Assembly (NCBI RefSeq): GCF_000621645.1
Contig: NZ_KK211323.1
Coordinates: 184,947-216,946, forward strand
Length of the DNA: 32,000 nt
Direction: 5' to 3'
Source of the DNA: Vibrio cholerae ATCC 14035
GTDB taxonomy: Bacteria > Pseudomonadota > Gammaproteobacteria > Enterobacterales > Vibrionaceae
Below, piece after piece: positions 1-10,403 of the stretch. The notes under the pieces are model-generated. The model ran no database searches. It worked only from the letters and a program-made list of their open reading frames with translations, and was not told the DNA's origin. The position numbers and the translations under genes were made by a program. Position 1 is the stretch's first letter. Every line of letters begins with the position of its first letter.

Positions 1-1407
1 AACCAAGACGCTAACGGTAACGTGGTTCCGGGTGTCGCTGAAAGCTGGGAAACGACAGACAACAAAACCTTTACTTTCCATATTCGTAAAGATGCGAAAT
101 GGTCTAACGGTGACCCTGTTACTGCACACGATTTCGTCTACAGCTTCCAACGTGCTGTCGATCCTGCAACCGCTTCTCCTTACTCTTGGTATATGGAATA
201 CACCAAGATGAAGAATGCGAAAGAAATCATTGCCGGAGAGAAAGACAAATCAACACTGGGCGCGAAAGCAGTTGATGATCATACTCTGGTTTTTGAGTTG
301 GAGACTGCCGTTCCTTACTTCGTGATGATGATGGGTCACACAACGGTGAAACCGATTCACAAAGCGACAGTAGAAAAATTTGGTGATCAGTGGACCAAAC
401 CTGAAAACTTTGTCGGTAACGGTGCTTACGTTCTCGACAAGTGGGTGGTTAACGAGCGTTTAGAGCTCAAGCGTAACCCTCAATACTGGGACGACAAAAA
501 TACTGTTCTGAATAAAGTGACTTATCTGCCAATCGAAAACCAAGTGGCAGAGATGAACCGTTTCCTATCGGGCGAAATTCAGATCACGAACGAACTGCCA
601 CTTGAGCACTTCAAACGTCTGAAAAAAGAGCATCCAGAATCTGTTCAAGTGCAAGGCCAACTCTGTACTTATTACTACGGCTTCAATAACAAAAAGCCAC
701 CATTTGACGATGTTCGCGTACGTAAAGCCCTTTCTTACGCGATTGACCGTGATGTGGTTTCTGATGCGATTCTAGGCCAAGGCCAAAAACCGGCTTACTT
801 CCTGACTCCGGAAATCACCGCAGGATTTAGCCCAGAAATGCCAGCTTACGGCAAAATGACTCAGAAAGAGCGTATTGCAGAAGCGAAGAAATTGCTGGAA
901 GAAGCGGGTTACAACAAATCTAACCCTCTGAAATTCACTCTGCTGTACAACACCTCAGAAAACCACAAGAAGATTGCAACTGCGATCCAATCTATGTGGA
1001 AAACTTCTCTGGGCGTTGATATCGCACTGGAAAACCAAGAGTGGAAAACCTACCTAGATACTCGTCGTCAAGGCAACTTTGATGTGACTCGTGCGGGATG
1101 GTGTGGTGACTACAACGAAGCGTCTTCTTTCTTGACTCTGATGTTGTCGAGCAACACTTCAAACGATCCGCAGTACCACAGTGCTGAATACGACGCCGTG
1201 ATTGAAAAAGCGAAAACGTCAACTTCTGAAGAAGAGCGTCAAAAACTCTATGCGGATGCAGAGAAGTTGTTGGCTCGTGATATGCCAATCGCGCCAATCT
1301 ACCAATACGTAAGATCGCGTCTTGTTTCTCCAACCGTCGGTGGCTACCCATCGAATAACGCGGAAGACAAGATCTACGCCAAAGATCTTTACATCAAAGC
1401 TCAATAA
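1..1407 (+). CDS. oppA: Periplasmic oligopeptide-binding protein OppA, 5'-truncated by the window edge
   Basis: Frame 1 is open from nt 1; the track ORF 22..1407 starts only at an internal GTG. Family-5 solute-binding protein sequence, followed directly by oppBCDF. Stop TAA 1405-1407. Confidence 0.9.
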   Translation, partial: NQDANGNVVPGVAESWETTDNKTFTFHIRKDAKWSNGDPVTAHDFVYSFQRAVDPATASPYSWYMEYTKMKNAKEIIAGEKDKSTLGAKAVDDHTLVFELETAVPYFVMMMGHTTVKPIHKATVEKFGDQWTKPENFVGNGAYVLDKWVVNERLELKRNPQYWDDKNTVLNKVTYLPIENQVAEMNRFLSGEIQITNELPLEHFKRLKKEHPESVQVQGQLCTYYYGFNNKKPPFDDVRVRKALSYAIDRDVVSDAILGQGQKPAYFLTPEITAGFSPEMPAYGKMTQKERIAEAKKLLEEAGYNKSNPLKFTLLYNTSENHKKIATAIQSMWKTSLGVDIALENQEWKTYLDTRRQGNFDVTRAGWCGDYNEASSFLTLMLSSNTSNDPQYHSAEYDAVIEKAKTSTSEEERQKLYADAEKLLARDMPIAPIYQYVRSRLVSPTVGGYPSNNAEDKIYAKDLYIKAQ

Positions 1408-1429
1408 TAGAGCCATATTCCTAACGAGT

Positions 1430-1514
1430 TGAAGTTGCAGTGATGACTGCAACTTCATTCGTCGGGGACAAAACTATAAATAACGTAGACGCTGCATGTG
1501 AAATTCACGTGCAG
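1430..1514 (+). promoter_or_regulatory. Two intercistronic stem-loops between oppA and oppB
   Basis: Hairpin 1 has stem 1430-1440 / 1447-1457 (11 bp, perfect) with loop TGATGA. Hairpin 2 has stem 1492-1500 / 1506-1514 (9 bp, one G.U) with loop AAATT. Neither has a strong U-run, so they look like mRNA-stabilising or attenuating elements rather than full terminators. Confidence 0.6.
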
Positions 1515-1555
1515 GGTCTTTGCATTTCCTTGTCACAGATTGAAAGAGTGAGCTT

Positions 1556-2476
1556 ATGCTTAAATTCATAGCAAAAAGGATATTTGAAGCAATTCCAACG
1601 ATGTTGGTGTTGATTACTATATCTTTCTTTCTTATGCGCTACGCGCCAGGTAACCCATTCTCTTCAGAACGCCCTCTGCCGCCAGAAGTGATGGCCAACA
1701 TCAATGCCAAATATGGCCTAGATAAACCCGTTTCTGAACAGTATTTAACCTATTTGACCAACATTGTTCAGGGTGATTTTGGCCCATCGTTTAAGTACAA
1801 AGACTATACGGTGAATGAGCTTATCGCCAGTGCACTGCCTGTTTCCGTGAAAATTGGTCTCGCCGCATTTGTGTTTACTGTGATCATGGGGGTAACGGTC
1901 GGAACCATTGCCGCCCTGAAGCAGAATACGTGGATAGACTACACCATCATGTCGACCGCCATGTTAGGGGTGGTGATGCCCTCGTTCGTGTTAGCGCCAG
2001 TACTCATATATATCTTCGCTATCCAGTTTAGTTTATTCCCTGCCGGTGGCTGGCAAGACGGTGGGTTTGAGTATATGGCGTTGCCGGTTTTGGGTATGTC
2101 ACTGCTCTACGTCGCGACATTTGCGCGTATTACTCGTGGTTCGATGATTGAAACCTTGAACAGTAACTTCATTCGTACCGCACGTGCGAAAGGTTTGAGC
2201 TATGGCTATATCGTGGTCAAGCATGCGTTAAAACCTGCACTGCTGCCTGTGGTTTCTTACATGGGACCCGCTTTCGTCGGTATTATCACAGGTTCGGTTG
2301 TTATTGAGACCATTTTTGGTTTGCCCGGCATTGGCAAGCTCTTCGTTAACGCCGCCTTCAACCGAGATTATTCTCTGGTGATGGGGGTAACGATCCTGAT
2401 CGGTTTCCTATTTATTCTGTTTAACGCGATTGTCGATATTCTCCTCGCTTACATCGATCCGAAGATTCGCTACTAA
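1556..2476 (+). CDS. oppB: Oligopeptide ABC transporter permease OppB
   Basis: 306 aa, multi-TM, BPD-transporter permease sequence. Second gene of the opp operon. Confidence 0.93.
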   Translation: MLKFIAKRIFEAIPTMLVLITISFFLMRYAPGNPFSSERPLPPEVMANINAKYGLDKPVSEQYLTYLTNIVQGDFGPSFKYKDYTVNELIASALPVSVKIGLAAFVFTVIMGVTVGTIAALKQNTWIDYTIMSTAMLGVVMPSFVLAPVLIYIFAIQFSLFPAGGWQDGGFEYMALPVLGMSLLYVATFARITRGSMIETLNSNFIRTARAKGLSYGYIVVKHALKPALLPVVSYMGPAFVGIITGSVVIETIFGLPGIGKLFVNAAFNRDYSLVMGVTILIGFLFILFNAIVDILLAYIDPKIRY

Positions 2477-2489
2477 TAGGACTTAGATA

Positions 2490-3392
2490 ATGTTGACGAA
2501 AAAAGAAAATTTAGCGGCGATTGAAAACTTCTCACAAAACCTTGAGATTCAAGGTCGCAGCCTGTGGCAAGACGCGCGTATTCGCTTTATGCGTAACAAA
2601 GCCGCGATGGTCAGCCTGTTTGTTTTGATGTTAATCACCCTGGCAGTCGTCTTTCTGCCGATGTTTTCCGCTTACAGTTATGAAGATACGGACTGGTATG
2701 CCATGCACGCTGGACCTTCAGCGGAGCACTGGTTTGGTACTGATGCTCTTGGTCGCGACCTCTTTGTGCGCACGCTCGTGGGTGGTCGTATCTCACTGAT
2801 GGTCGGCATCATGGGGGCATTGGTTGCAGTACTGATCGGTACTTTGTATGGCGCGGCCTCAGGTTTTATCGGTGGCCGTACTGACCGTGTAATGATGCGT
2901 ATTCTGGAAATTCTGTACGCTATCCCATTCATGTTCTTGGTGATTGTATTAGTGACGTTTTTTGGTCGTAACATCGTGCTGATCTTCGTCGCGATTGGGG
3001 CAATCGCATGGCTGGATATGGCGCGTATTGTGCGCGGCCAAACCTTGAGCCTACGTAGCAAAGAGTTTATCGAAGCGGCGCATGTGTGTGGTGTGAGTAA
3101 GTGGAACATTATTACGCGCCATATTGTGCCAAACGTATTGGGCATTGTAGCGGTTTACTCCACCCTGCTGATCCCAAGCATGATTTTGACCGAATCTTTC
3201 CTTTCTTTCCTTGGTCTTGGTGTTCAAGAGCCGATGACAAGCTGGGGCGCGCTGTTACAAGAGGGCGCTAACACAATGGAAGTGGCTATTTGGCAACTGC
3301 TATTCCCCGCCGCATTCATGGTGTTGACCTTGTTCTGCTTTAACTATGTCGGCGACGGTCTGCGTGACGCGCTCGATCCAAAAGACAGATAA
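2490..3392 (+). CDS. oppC: Oligopeptide ABC transporter permease OppC
   Basis: 300 aa permease, 13 nt after the oppB stop. Confidence 0.93.
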   Translation: MLTKKENLAAIENFSQNLEIQGRSLWQDARIRFMRNKAAMVSLFVLMLITLAVVFLPMFSAYSYEDTDWYAMHAGPSAEHWFGTDALGRDLFVRTLVGGRISLMVGIMGALVAVLIGTLYGAASGFIGGRTDRVMMRILEILYAIPFMFLVIVLVTFFGRNIVLIFVAIGAIAWLDMARIVRGQTLSLRSKEFIEAAHVCGVSKWNIITRHIVPNVLGIVAVYSTLLIPSMILTESFLSFLGLGVQEPMTSWGALLQEGANTMEVAIWQLLFPAAFMVLTLFCFNYVGDGLRDALDPKDR

Positions 3393-3416
3393 ACCAAGAA
3401 GAATAAAAAGGAAGCA

Positions 3417-4391
3417 ATGATGAGTTTATTAGATGTCAAAGATCTGCGCGTAGAATTCTCTACCCAAGACGGTATTGTCACCGCAGTGAACGATCTCAAT
3501 TTCTCTCTTAAGCAGGGAGAAACTTTAGGTATTGTGGGCGAATCCGGCTCAGGAAAATCACAAACCGTATTTGCCATCATGGGGCTACTCGCCAAAAACG
3601 GCAAAATCACCGGTAGCGCGAAATTTGAGGGTAAAGAAATCCTCAACTTGCCAGAGCGTGAACTGAATAAAGTGCGCGCCGAGCAAATCGCGATGATTTT
3701 TCAAGACCCAATGACTTCACTTAATCCCTACATGAAAGTGAGCGATCAGCTGATGGAAGTGCTGATGCTGCATAAAGGTATGGGTAAAGCGGAGGCGTTT
3801 GAAGAGTCAGTACGCATGCTGGAAGCGGTAAAGATCCCAGAAGCGCGTAAGCGTATCACCATGTATCCGCACGAGTTTTCTGGCGGTATGCGTCAACGTG
3901 TGATGATTGCGATGGCTTTGCTGTGTCGCCCGAAACTGCTGATTGCCGATGAACCGACCACCGCACTCGACGTTACTGTTCAAGCGCAAATCATGGAGCT
4001 GCTTAACGAACTGAAACGTGAGTTCAATACCGCAATCATCATGATCACCCACGATCTGGGGGTGGTGGCTGGCTCTTGCGATAAAGTGCTGGTGATGTAT
4101 GCCGGCCGTACTATGGAGTACGGTTCAGTAAACGATATTTTCTACAACCCAAGCCACCCTTACGCAGAAGGTTTGCTGAGCGCGATCCCGCGCTTGGATA
4201 CCGAAGGGGAAGTGTTGCCGACGATTCCGGGCAACCCACCTAACTTGCTGCGTTTGCCTGTCGGCTGTCCTTATCAAGAACGCTGCCATCGCGTGACGGA
4301 TCGCTGTAAGCGAGAAGCTCCGCTCTTGCTGCCGTTTGGTAACGGTCGTCAACGTGCGTGTTTTTCTGATTGGGAGGCTTGGACAAAATGA
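3417..4391 (+). CDS. oppD: Oligopeptide ABC transporter ATP-binding protein OppD
   Basis: Walker A GESGSGKS, signature FSGGMRQR, Walker [13 protein letters not shown], and a C-terminal oligopeptide-type Cys-rich extension. AGGAAG SD at 3409-3414. Tandem ATGs at 3417 and 3420. Confidence 0.93.
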   Translation: MMSLLDVKDLRVEFSTQDGIVTAVNDLNFSLKQGETLGIVGESGSGKSQTVFAIMGLLAKNGKITGSAKFEGKEILNLPERELNKVRAEQIAMIFQDPMTSLNPYMKVSDQLMEVLMLHKGMGKAEAFEESVRMLEAVKIPEARKRITMYPHEFSGGMRQRVMIAMALLCRPKLLIADEPTTALDVTVQAQIMELLNELKREFNTAIIMITHDLGVVAGSCDKVLVMYAGRTMEYGSVNDIFYNPSHPYAEGLLSAIPRLDTEGEVLPTIPGNPPNLLRLPVGCPYQERCHRVTDRCKREAPLLLPFGNGRQRACFSDWEAWTK

Positions 4392-5380
4392 GCGTAGAGA
4401 AAAAATTATTACTGGACGTTAAAGATCTTAAAGTCCATTTCAACATTACCCCGAAATCGGCATGGCCATGGACCAAACCCGTTACCTTGAAAGCGGTTGA
4501 TGGGGTTAACGTGCGTCTGTATGAAGGCGAAACTTTAGGGGTAGTGGGTGAGTCAGGTTGTGGTAAATCGACGTTTGCACGCGCCATTATTGGTTTGGTG
4601 CAAGCGACTCACGGTGAAGTGGTGTGGTTAGGTCAGGATTTAACACGTATGCAGGAAGTCAAACGCCGTGCAACGCGTAAGCAAATCCAAATGATCTTCC
4701 AAGACCCTCTGGCATCGTTAAACCCGAGAATGACGGTCGGTGATATCATTGCTGAGCCACTACAAACCTTCTATCCCGAGCTTTCCAAGCAAGAAGTGAA
4801 AGATCGGGTAAAAGAGATGATGGCCAAGGTTGGGTTACTGCCTAACGTGATCAACCGTTATCCGCATGAGTTTTCAGGCGGTCAGTGTCAGCGTATCGGT
4901 ATTGCTCGCGCGCTGATCCTCAAACCTAAGATGATCATCTGTGATGAACCGGTTTCCGCTCTGGATGTGTCGATTCAGGCTCAGGTCGTTAACCTTCTCA
5001 AAGAGCTGCAAAAAGAGCTCGGTTTAAGTCTGGTGTTCATCGCGCACGATCTCTCGGTGGTAAAGCACATCTCAGATCGCGTGTTGGTCATGTATTTGGG
5101 TAATGCGGTAGAGTTAGGCGTCTCTAAAGAACTGTTTGCCAACCCTAAACACCCTTATACCAAGGCATTAATGTCTGCAGTGCCTATTCCTGACCCCAAC
5201 ATCGAGCGCAATAAGACCATTCAGATGTTGGAAGGGGATCTGCCTTCACCGATGAACCCGCCTTCAGGTTGTGTGTTCCGTACTCGTTGCCCGCAAGCCA
5301 CGGCAGAGTGTGCGAAGACGAAACCAGTGATTAAAGGTTCGGATATTCACTCAGTCTCTTGTTTATACGCTGAGGCATAA
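4388..5380 (+). CDS. oppF: Oligopeptide ABC transporter ATP-binding protein OppF
   Basis: Walker [10 protein letters not shown], signature FSGGQCQR, Walker [12 protein letters not shown] prefer ATG 4388, which overlaps the oppD stop as ATGA (4388-4391), over the track start at 4370. Confidence 0.9.
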   Translation: MSVEKKLLLDVKDLKVHFNITPKSAWPWTKPVTLKAVDGVNVRLYEGETLGVVGESGCGKSTFARAIIGLVQATHGEVVWLGQDLTRMQEVKRRATRKQIQMIFQDPLASLNPRMTVGDIIAEPLQTFYPELSKQEVKDRVKEMMAKVGLLPNVINRYPHEFSGGQCQRIGIARALILKPKMIICDEPVSALDVSIQAQVVNLLKELQKELGLSLVFIAHDLSVVKHISDRVLVMYLGNAVELGVSKELFANPKHPYTKALMSAVPIPDPNIERNKTIQMLEGDLPSPMNPPSGCVFRTRCPQATAECAKTKPVIKGSDIHSVSCLYAEA

Positions 5381-5433
5381 ATTCAGCCTGTGACGGGCCA
5401 AGCGCGATTCCTCGTTCGGATCGCGCTTTTTTT
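5381..5433 (+). ncRNA. oppZ: OppZ-like 3'UTR-derived small RNA, made from the oppF 3' end plus the operon terminator
   Basis: About 20 nt of unstructured sequence follows the oppF stop, then a strong intrinsic terminator. Nt 5382-5397 are antisense to the oppB leader 1529-1544 (12 WC pairs, 3 G.U, 1 mismatch). This matches the OppZ model I recall being published for V. cholerae. The 5' end is approximate, since it would be set by RNase E processing. Confidence 0.7.
5400..5433 (+). terminator. Rho-independent terminator of the opp operon
   Basis: The stem AGCGCGAT..CC (5401-5411) pairs with GG.ATCGCGCT (5418-5427), with one bulged T and a 6-nt loop. A run of 7 T follows (5427-5433). Confidence 0.85.
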
Positions 5434-5529
5434 GTATTCGAATATTTTGAACAACACGACCAATCGCCTTGGGTTAAGTGGCGTGCCCAGTTGCTTATAA
5501 TGCCTAAAAGATGAGAATTTGGGGGCAAG

Positions 5530-6477
5530 ATGGGCAAGCTAATTAAAGGCAAATGGCACGATGTTTGGTACGACACCAAACAACATGATGGCGAATTTAT
5601 ACGCGAAGATGCAGGGTTTCGTGACTGGGTGAAAGCGACGCCTGATGCGCAATTTGCTGCAGAATCTGGCCGTTATCATCTCTATGTCTCTTTGGCGTGT
5701 CCGTGGGCACATCGCACCTTGATTTTTCGTGCTCTCAAAGGGCTGCAAACGCATATTGATGTGACGATTGTCTGTCCGGATATGCTCTCACATGGTTGGC
5801 AGTTTGGCATACCAGAGCCGCTGTATGGCTACACTCAACTACATCAACTTTATACCCATGCTAAAGCCGATTACACCGGACGAGTCACGGTGCCTGTGTT
5901 GTGGGATAAAAAACTTCACACGATTGTGAGCAATGAATCTTCCGAAATCATCCGCATGTTCAACAGTGCATTTAATGAGTTAACGGGCAATCAAACCGAT
6001 TATTACCCTCAAGCGCTGCGCACAGTGATTGATGAGTGGAATGAGTTCATCTATCCCAACATAAACAATGGGGTATATCGTTGTGGTTTTGCGACCACGC
6101 AAAAAGCCTATGAAGAAGCGTTTGAAGCGCTGTTTGCGGCGTTGGATAAAGTTGATCAGCATCTGACAACGCATCGCTATTTAGCGGGAAACCAAATCAC
6201 CGAAGCGGACTGGCGTTTGTTTACCACCTTAGTGCGTTTTGATGCGGTGTATGTCGGGCATTTCAAATGTAACCGCCAGCGTATTACGGATTACCCACAT
6301 CTGAGCGGTTATTTAAGGGAGTTATACCAAGTCCCCGGCATCCAAGAGACGGTCGATTTTTACCACATTAAACGCCATTACTATTTCAGTCATACCACGA
6401 TCAACCCCACTCAAGTTGTGCCAGTCGGGCCGCAAGTGGATCTACTCAGTCCACACCAGCGTGAACGAATTGGTTGA
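5530..6477 (+). CDS. yqjG: Xi-class glutathione S-transferase / glutathionyl-hydroquinone reductase (YqjG/ECM4 family)
   Basis: 315 aa. It is collinear with E. coli YqjG as I recall it, including the CPWAHR active-site motif, GRVTVPVLWDKK, TIVSNES.EIIRMFN and VRFD.VY..HFKC. Confidence 0.85.
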   Translation: MGKLIKGKWHDVWYDTKQHDGEFIREDAGFRDWVKATPDAQFAAESGRYHLYVSLACPWAHRTLIFRALKGLQTHIDVTIVCPDMLSHGWQFGIPEPLYGYTQLHQLYTHAKADYTGRVTVPVLWDKKLHTIVSNESSEIIRMFNSAFNELTGNQTDYYPQALRTVIDEWNEFIYPNINNGVYRCGFATTQKAYEEAFEALFAALDKVDQHLTTHRYLAGNQITEADWRLFTTLVRFDAVYVGHFKCNRQRITDYPHLSGYLRELYQVPGIQETVDFYHIKRHYYFSHTTINPTQVVPVGPQVDLLSPHQRERIG

Positions 6478-6507
6478 AAAGGGTAGATAGCAATCTATAA
6501 AGCGCAT

Positions 6508-6536
6508 AAAAAAGCCCCCGAATGTCGGGGGCTTTT
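6508..6536. terminator. Bidirectional intrinsic terminator between the convergent yqjG-like gene and pta
   Basis: GCCCCCG (6514-6520) pairs with CGGGGGC (6526-6532) around loop AATGT. It is flanked by an A-run (6508-6513) and a T-run (6533-6536). Confidence 0.85.
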
Positions 6537-6574
6537 GCCTATTTATCACCAGAAAAGATGACTGTGACTAGCGC

Positions 6575-8719
6575 TTATTTCTGCTCTTGACCTGCTTGGA
6601 TAGCCGTCAGGGCGATGGTGTAGACGATATCGTCAACCAATGCGCCACGAGACAGGTCGTTAACTGGCTTACGCATACCTTGCAGCATAGGACCGATAGA
6701 CACTAGATCCGCTGAACGTTGTACCGCTTTGTAAGTCGTGTTACCTGTGTTCAGATCTGGGAATACGAATACGGTCGCTTTACCTGCCACTGGCGAGTTA
6801 GGCGCTTTAGAAGCCGCTACGTTTTCCATGATTGCCGCGTCGTATTGCAAAGGGCCATCAATCACGAGATCTGGACGTTTTTCTTTGGCGATGCGAGTTG
6901 CTTCGCGCACTTTATCAACGTCTGCACCTTGACCAGAAGTACCGGTCGAGTAAGAGATCATCGCTACGCGAGGCTCAATACCGAAGGCCGCTGCAGAGTC
7001 GGCAGACTGGATAGCAATCTCAGCCAGTTGCTCTGCGTTTGGATCTGGGTTGATCGCACAGTCACCGTATACCAGTACCTGATCAGGCAGCAGCATAAAG
7101 AAGATCGATGAAACCAGAGACGCATTCGGCGCAGTCTTGATGATTTGTAGTGGTGGACGAATGGTGTTTGCTGTGGTGTGAACCGCACCAGAAACCAGAC
7201 CGTCAACTTCGTTACGCTCAAGCATCATAGTGCCGAGAACAACGGTATCTTCCAGTTGCTCGCGCGCCACCACTTCAGTCATGCCTTTGCTCTTACGCAG
7301 TTCAACCAGACGTGCTACGTATTTCTCTTGTGCCACTTTTGGATCGATGATTTCGATACCAGAGCCGAGTTCAACACCTTGCTGAGCAGCAACACGCTTG
7401 ATCTCTTCTGGGTTACCCAGAAGTACACACTGTGCAATACCGCGTTCAGCACAGATAGCAGCTGCTTTCACAGTACGTGGCTCATCACCTTCTGGCAGTA
7501 CGATACGCTTGTTCGCGCTACGAGCCAATTCAGTCAGCTGGTAACGGAAGGCTGGTGGGCTCAAGCGACGAGACGCTTGCGCACCTTCAGTCAGAGAGTC
7601 TACCCATGGGCCGTCAATGTGGCTTGCCACGTGTTCGCTGATGAATTCGATACGCTCTTTGTCATCGGCTGGAACTTCAAGGCTGAAGCTTTGTAGGTTC
7701 AGCGACGTTTGCCAAGTGTTACCTTGCGCTTTGAAAATGGGCAGACCCGTGTCAAAAGCAGGCTTACATAGGCTAACCAGTTCACGTGGGATGTCGTAGC
7801 CGCCAGTCAGCAGTACGGCACCGATTTCCACACCGTTCATTGCTGCGAGTGCCGCAGCCACAATCACGTCAGGACGATCAGCGGAGGTTACTAGGAGTGA
7901 GCCTGGTTTGAAGTGCTCAATCATGTTCGGGATAGAGCGAGCACAGAAAGTGATGCTCTTGATACGACGAGTATTGATATCACCTTGGTTGATGATCTCA
8001 GCTTTCAGGTGCTTCGCCATATCGATAGCACGAGTCGCAATCAGGTCGATGCTCCATGGTACACAGCCCAGCACACGAATTGGGCTGGTGTTGAAGATCT
8101 GCATCACTTCAAGGTTAGCTTGTTTCGCATGGTCAGCATCATCAAAGATCTCTGACAGGTCAGGACGAGTACGGCCAGCTTCATCAACAGGGGCATTCAG
8201 CTTGTTGATGATAACGCCAGAGATGCTCTTGTTCTTGGTGCCACCAAAGTTAGAGCACGCGACTTCAATGCGCTCTTTCAGTTGCGTTGGGTTATCAGTA
8301 CCCGGAGTGGCAACGAACACAATTTCTGCACCGAGAGTGTTGGCGATCTCCGCGTTCACTTGGTTAGCAAAAGGGTGCTTACGCGTTGGAACCAGACCTT
8401 CGATCAGAGTCACTTCTGCATCTTTGTTGATCTGGTTGTAACGCTCAACCACGGTTTCCAGCAGAACGTCCATCTTCTCGCTACCGATCAGAGTCTCGGC
8501 GGCAGACATACTCATCGGCTGGCCGATCTTGATGTCGCTGTTGCGGCTCATGACAGTAGACGTCAGGTCAGGTTGATCATCGCCAGTACGTGGCTGCGCG
8601 ATAGGCTTATAGAAAGAAACGCTAACCCCTTTACGCTCCATGGCGCGCAGGAGACCCATGCTCACGCTGGTCAGACCGACGCCAGCGCTGATTGGGATAA
8701 GCATAATAGTACGGGACAT
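6575..8719 (-). CDS. pta: Phosphate acetyltransferase Pta
   Basis: 714 aa with the three-domain long-form Pta layout (N-terminal DRTGG/AAA-like region plus C-terminal PTA_PTB domain). It lies downstream of ackA as in enterobacteria. Confidence 0.95.
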
Positions 8720-8854
8720 TGGTAAAGTACCTCAACACTATTGATACCAATCTAAGGTGCTTAGATTGAAAGTGACAAAGCTCAAACGCAGGACAGGCTT
8801 ACGCTGAGCCCCTAAATGACACTGGCTAACCTGAGTTAGCCAGTGTAAGTCGTA

Positions 8855-10051
8855 TTAGATGTTCGTCAGACGAGCTGTATCTTCTGCAATCACTAACTCT
8901 TCGTTAGTCGCGATAACCATCGCTGGGATACGGCTGTCTGCAGTGGTGATCACACCTTCACCGCCGAAACGGGCTTTCAGGTTTGCTGCGCTGTCAACGG
9001 TGATACCGAAAATCGCTAGACGGTTCAGAACCATTTCACGGATTGGCGCAGAGTTTTCACCGATACCACCAGTGAAGGTGATCGCGTCCAGACGGCCGTC
9101 TAGGCTTGCTGTGTAGCCAGCAACGTATTTCGCTAGGCGGTGACAGAATACGTCCATTGCGCGAGTTGCTTCTTCTTTTTGGCCGTAGTTGTCTTCAACG
9201 AAACGGCAGTCAGAAGTCACTTCAGTCAGACCCAACAGACCCGATTCTTTGGTCAGCATGGTGTTGATTTTCTCAACTGAGTAACCCAGCGTGTCGTGCA
9301 GGTGGAAAATGATCGCAGGATCGATATCACCACAACGAGTACCCATCACCAGACCTTCCAGTGGAGTCAGACCCATAGATGTGTCAACCGATTGGCCGTT
9401 TTTGATCGCACACACAGAAGCACCGTTGCCTAGGTGGCAGTTGATGATGTTCAGTTCGTTTGCAGGTTTGCCCAGACGCTCAGCCGCTTCACGTGCGATG
9501 AACAGGTGAGACGTACCGTGCATGCCGTAGCGACGAATACCGTGCTCTTTGTACAGGTTGTATGGCAGAGCGTACAGGTACGCTTCTTCTGGCATTGTTT
9601 GGTGGAACGCAGTGTCGAATACCGCAACATTTTTCAGCTCTGGGAACGCTTTTTGCGCCGCTTTGATACCGATGATGTGTGCTGGGTTGTGCAGTGGAGC
9701 GAGTGCTGCACAATCTTCGATGCCTTTCAGTACAGCGTCGTCAATCAGTGCAGATTGAGTGAACTGCTCACCACCGTGTACCACGCGGTGACCGATCGCT
9801 TTCAGTTGAGCTGCCAGTTCTGGTTTAGAAGCAAGAATAGTTTCAACGATGAAAGACAGAGCTTCATCGTGTGCAGCGCCTTCGCCCAGTTGAGCTTCGT
9901 GCTTGCCGTCCAATTTCCACTTGATACGAGCTTCAGGAAGGTGTAAACATTCAGCGAGACCTGAAAGATGTTGTTCACCGCTTTGAGCGTCAACAACTGC
10001 GAACTTAAGTGAAGAACTACCGCAGTTTAAAACTAAAACCAGCTTAGACAT
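8855..10051 (-). CDS. ackA: Acetate kinase AckA
   Basis: 398 aa. N-terminus [18 protein letters not shown] and a conserved acetokinase sequence throughout. Confidence 0.95.
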   Translation of the reverse strand: MSKLVLVLNCGSSSLKFAVVDAQSGEQHLSGLAECLHLPEARIKWKLDGKHEAQLGEGAAHDEALSFIVETILASKPELAAQLKAIGHRVVHGGEQFTQSALIDDAVLKGIEDCAALAPLHNPAHIIGIKAAQKAFPELKNVAVFDTAFHQTMPEEAYLYALPYNLYKEHGIRRYGMHGTSHLFIAREAAERLGKPANELNIINCHLGNGASVCAIKNGQSVDTSMGLTPLEGLVMGTRCGDIDPAIIFHLHDTLGYSVEKINTMLTKESGLLGLTEVTSDCRFVEDNYGQKEEATRAMDVFCHRLAKYVAGYTASLDGRLDAITFTGGIGENSAPIREMVLNRLAIFGITVDSAANLKARFGGEGVITTADSRIPAMVIATNEELVIAEDTARLTNI

Positions 10052-10403
10052 GAGTGACTACCTGTAATAATCGGTTGGGATAAAAAAATCAGTACCAAGA
10101 GTAGATGACGCCTCGATGAATGCGCCCTAATCTCGGTCAATAAAACGTCAATTTCCGTATCGTGAAGACGTGACAAAGTCAGTATAAGTCGTCGATGCAA
10201 TCCGTGCAGGAATCGTCTCAACGTTGCCTAAATTGTAAATAAGGGCAACAATGAGATTGAGAGTCCGCAAAGCATAGCGATAATGGACAAATATAACAAA
10301 AAAAATTTGAATCAATATTAGCTTTTGTCAAATTTTTGCGTCTTTTGTTGAATCATTCAACTAAATTTCAGTGGGTTGAGCAAAGAGCAGCGAGGAAGTG
10401 GAT

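Noticed and set aside
5331-5579. 82-aa minus-strand ORF spanning the oppF end, the terminator and the yqjG-like start
   Set aside because: It crosses an intrinsic terminator and overlaps two well-supported genes on the other strand, and it has no RBS.
7178-8725. Long plus-strand ORFs (172, 177 and 147 aa) inside the pta gene region
   Set aside because: They lie entirely antisense to the strongly supported pta CDS, have no start context, and have low-complexity Arg/Ser/Leu-rich translations typical of shadow frames.
10347-10361. Reading the GTTGAATCATTCAAC palindrome as an FNR or Fur box
   Set aside because: FNR needs TTGAT-N4-ATCAA, a 14-bp site, and here the arms are one base closer. Only the central AATCATT matches the Fur consensus. 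I kept it as an unassigned palindrome in the findings rather than naming a regulator.
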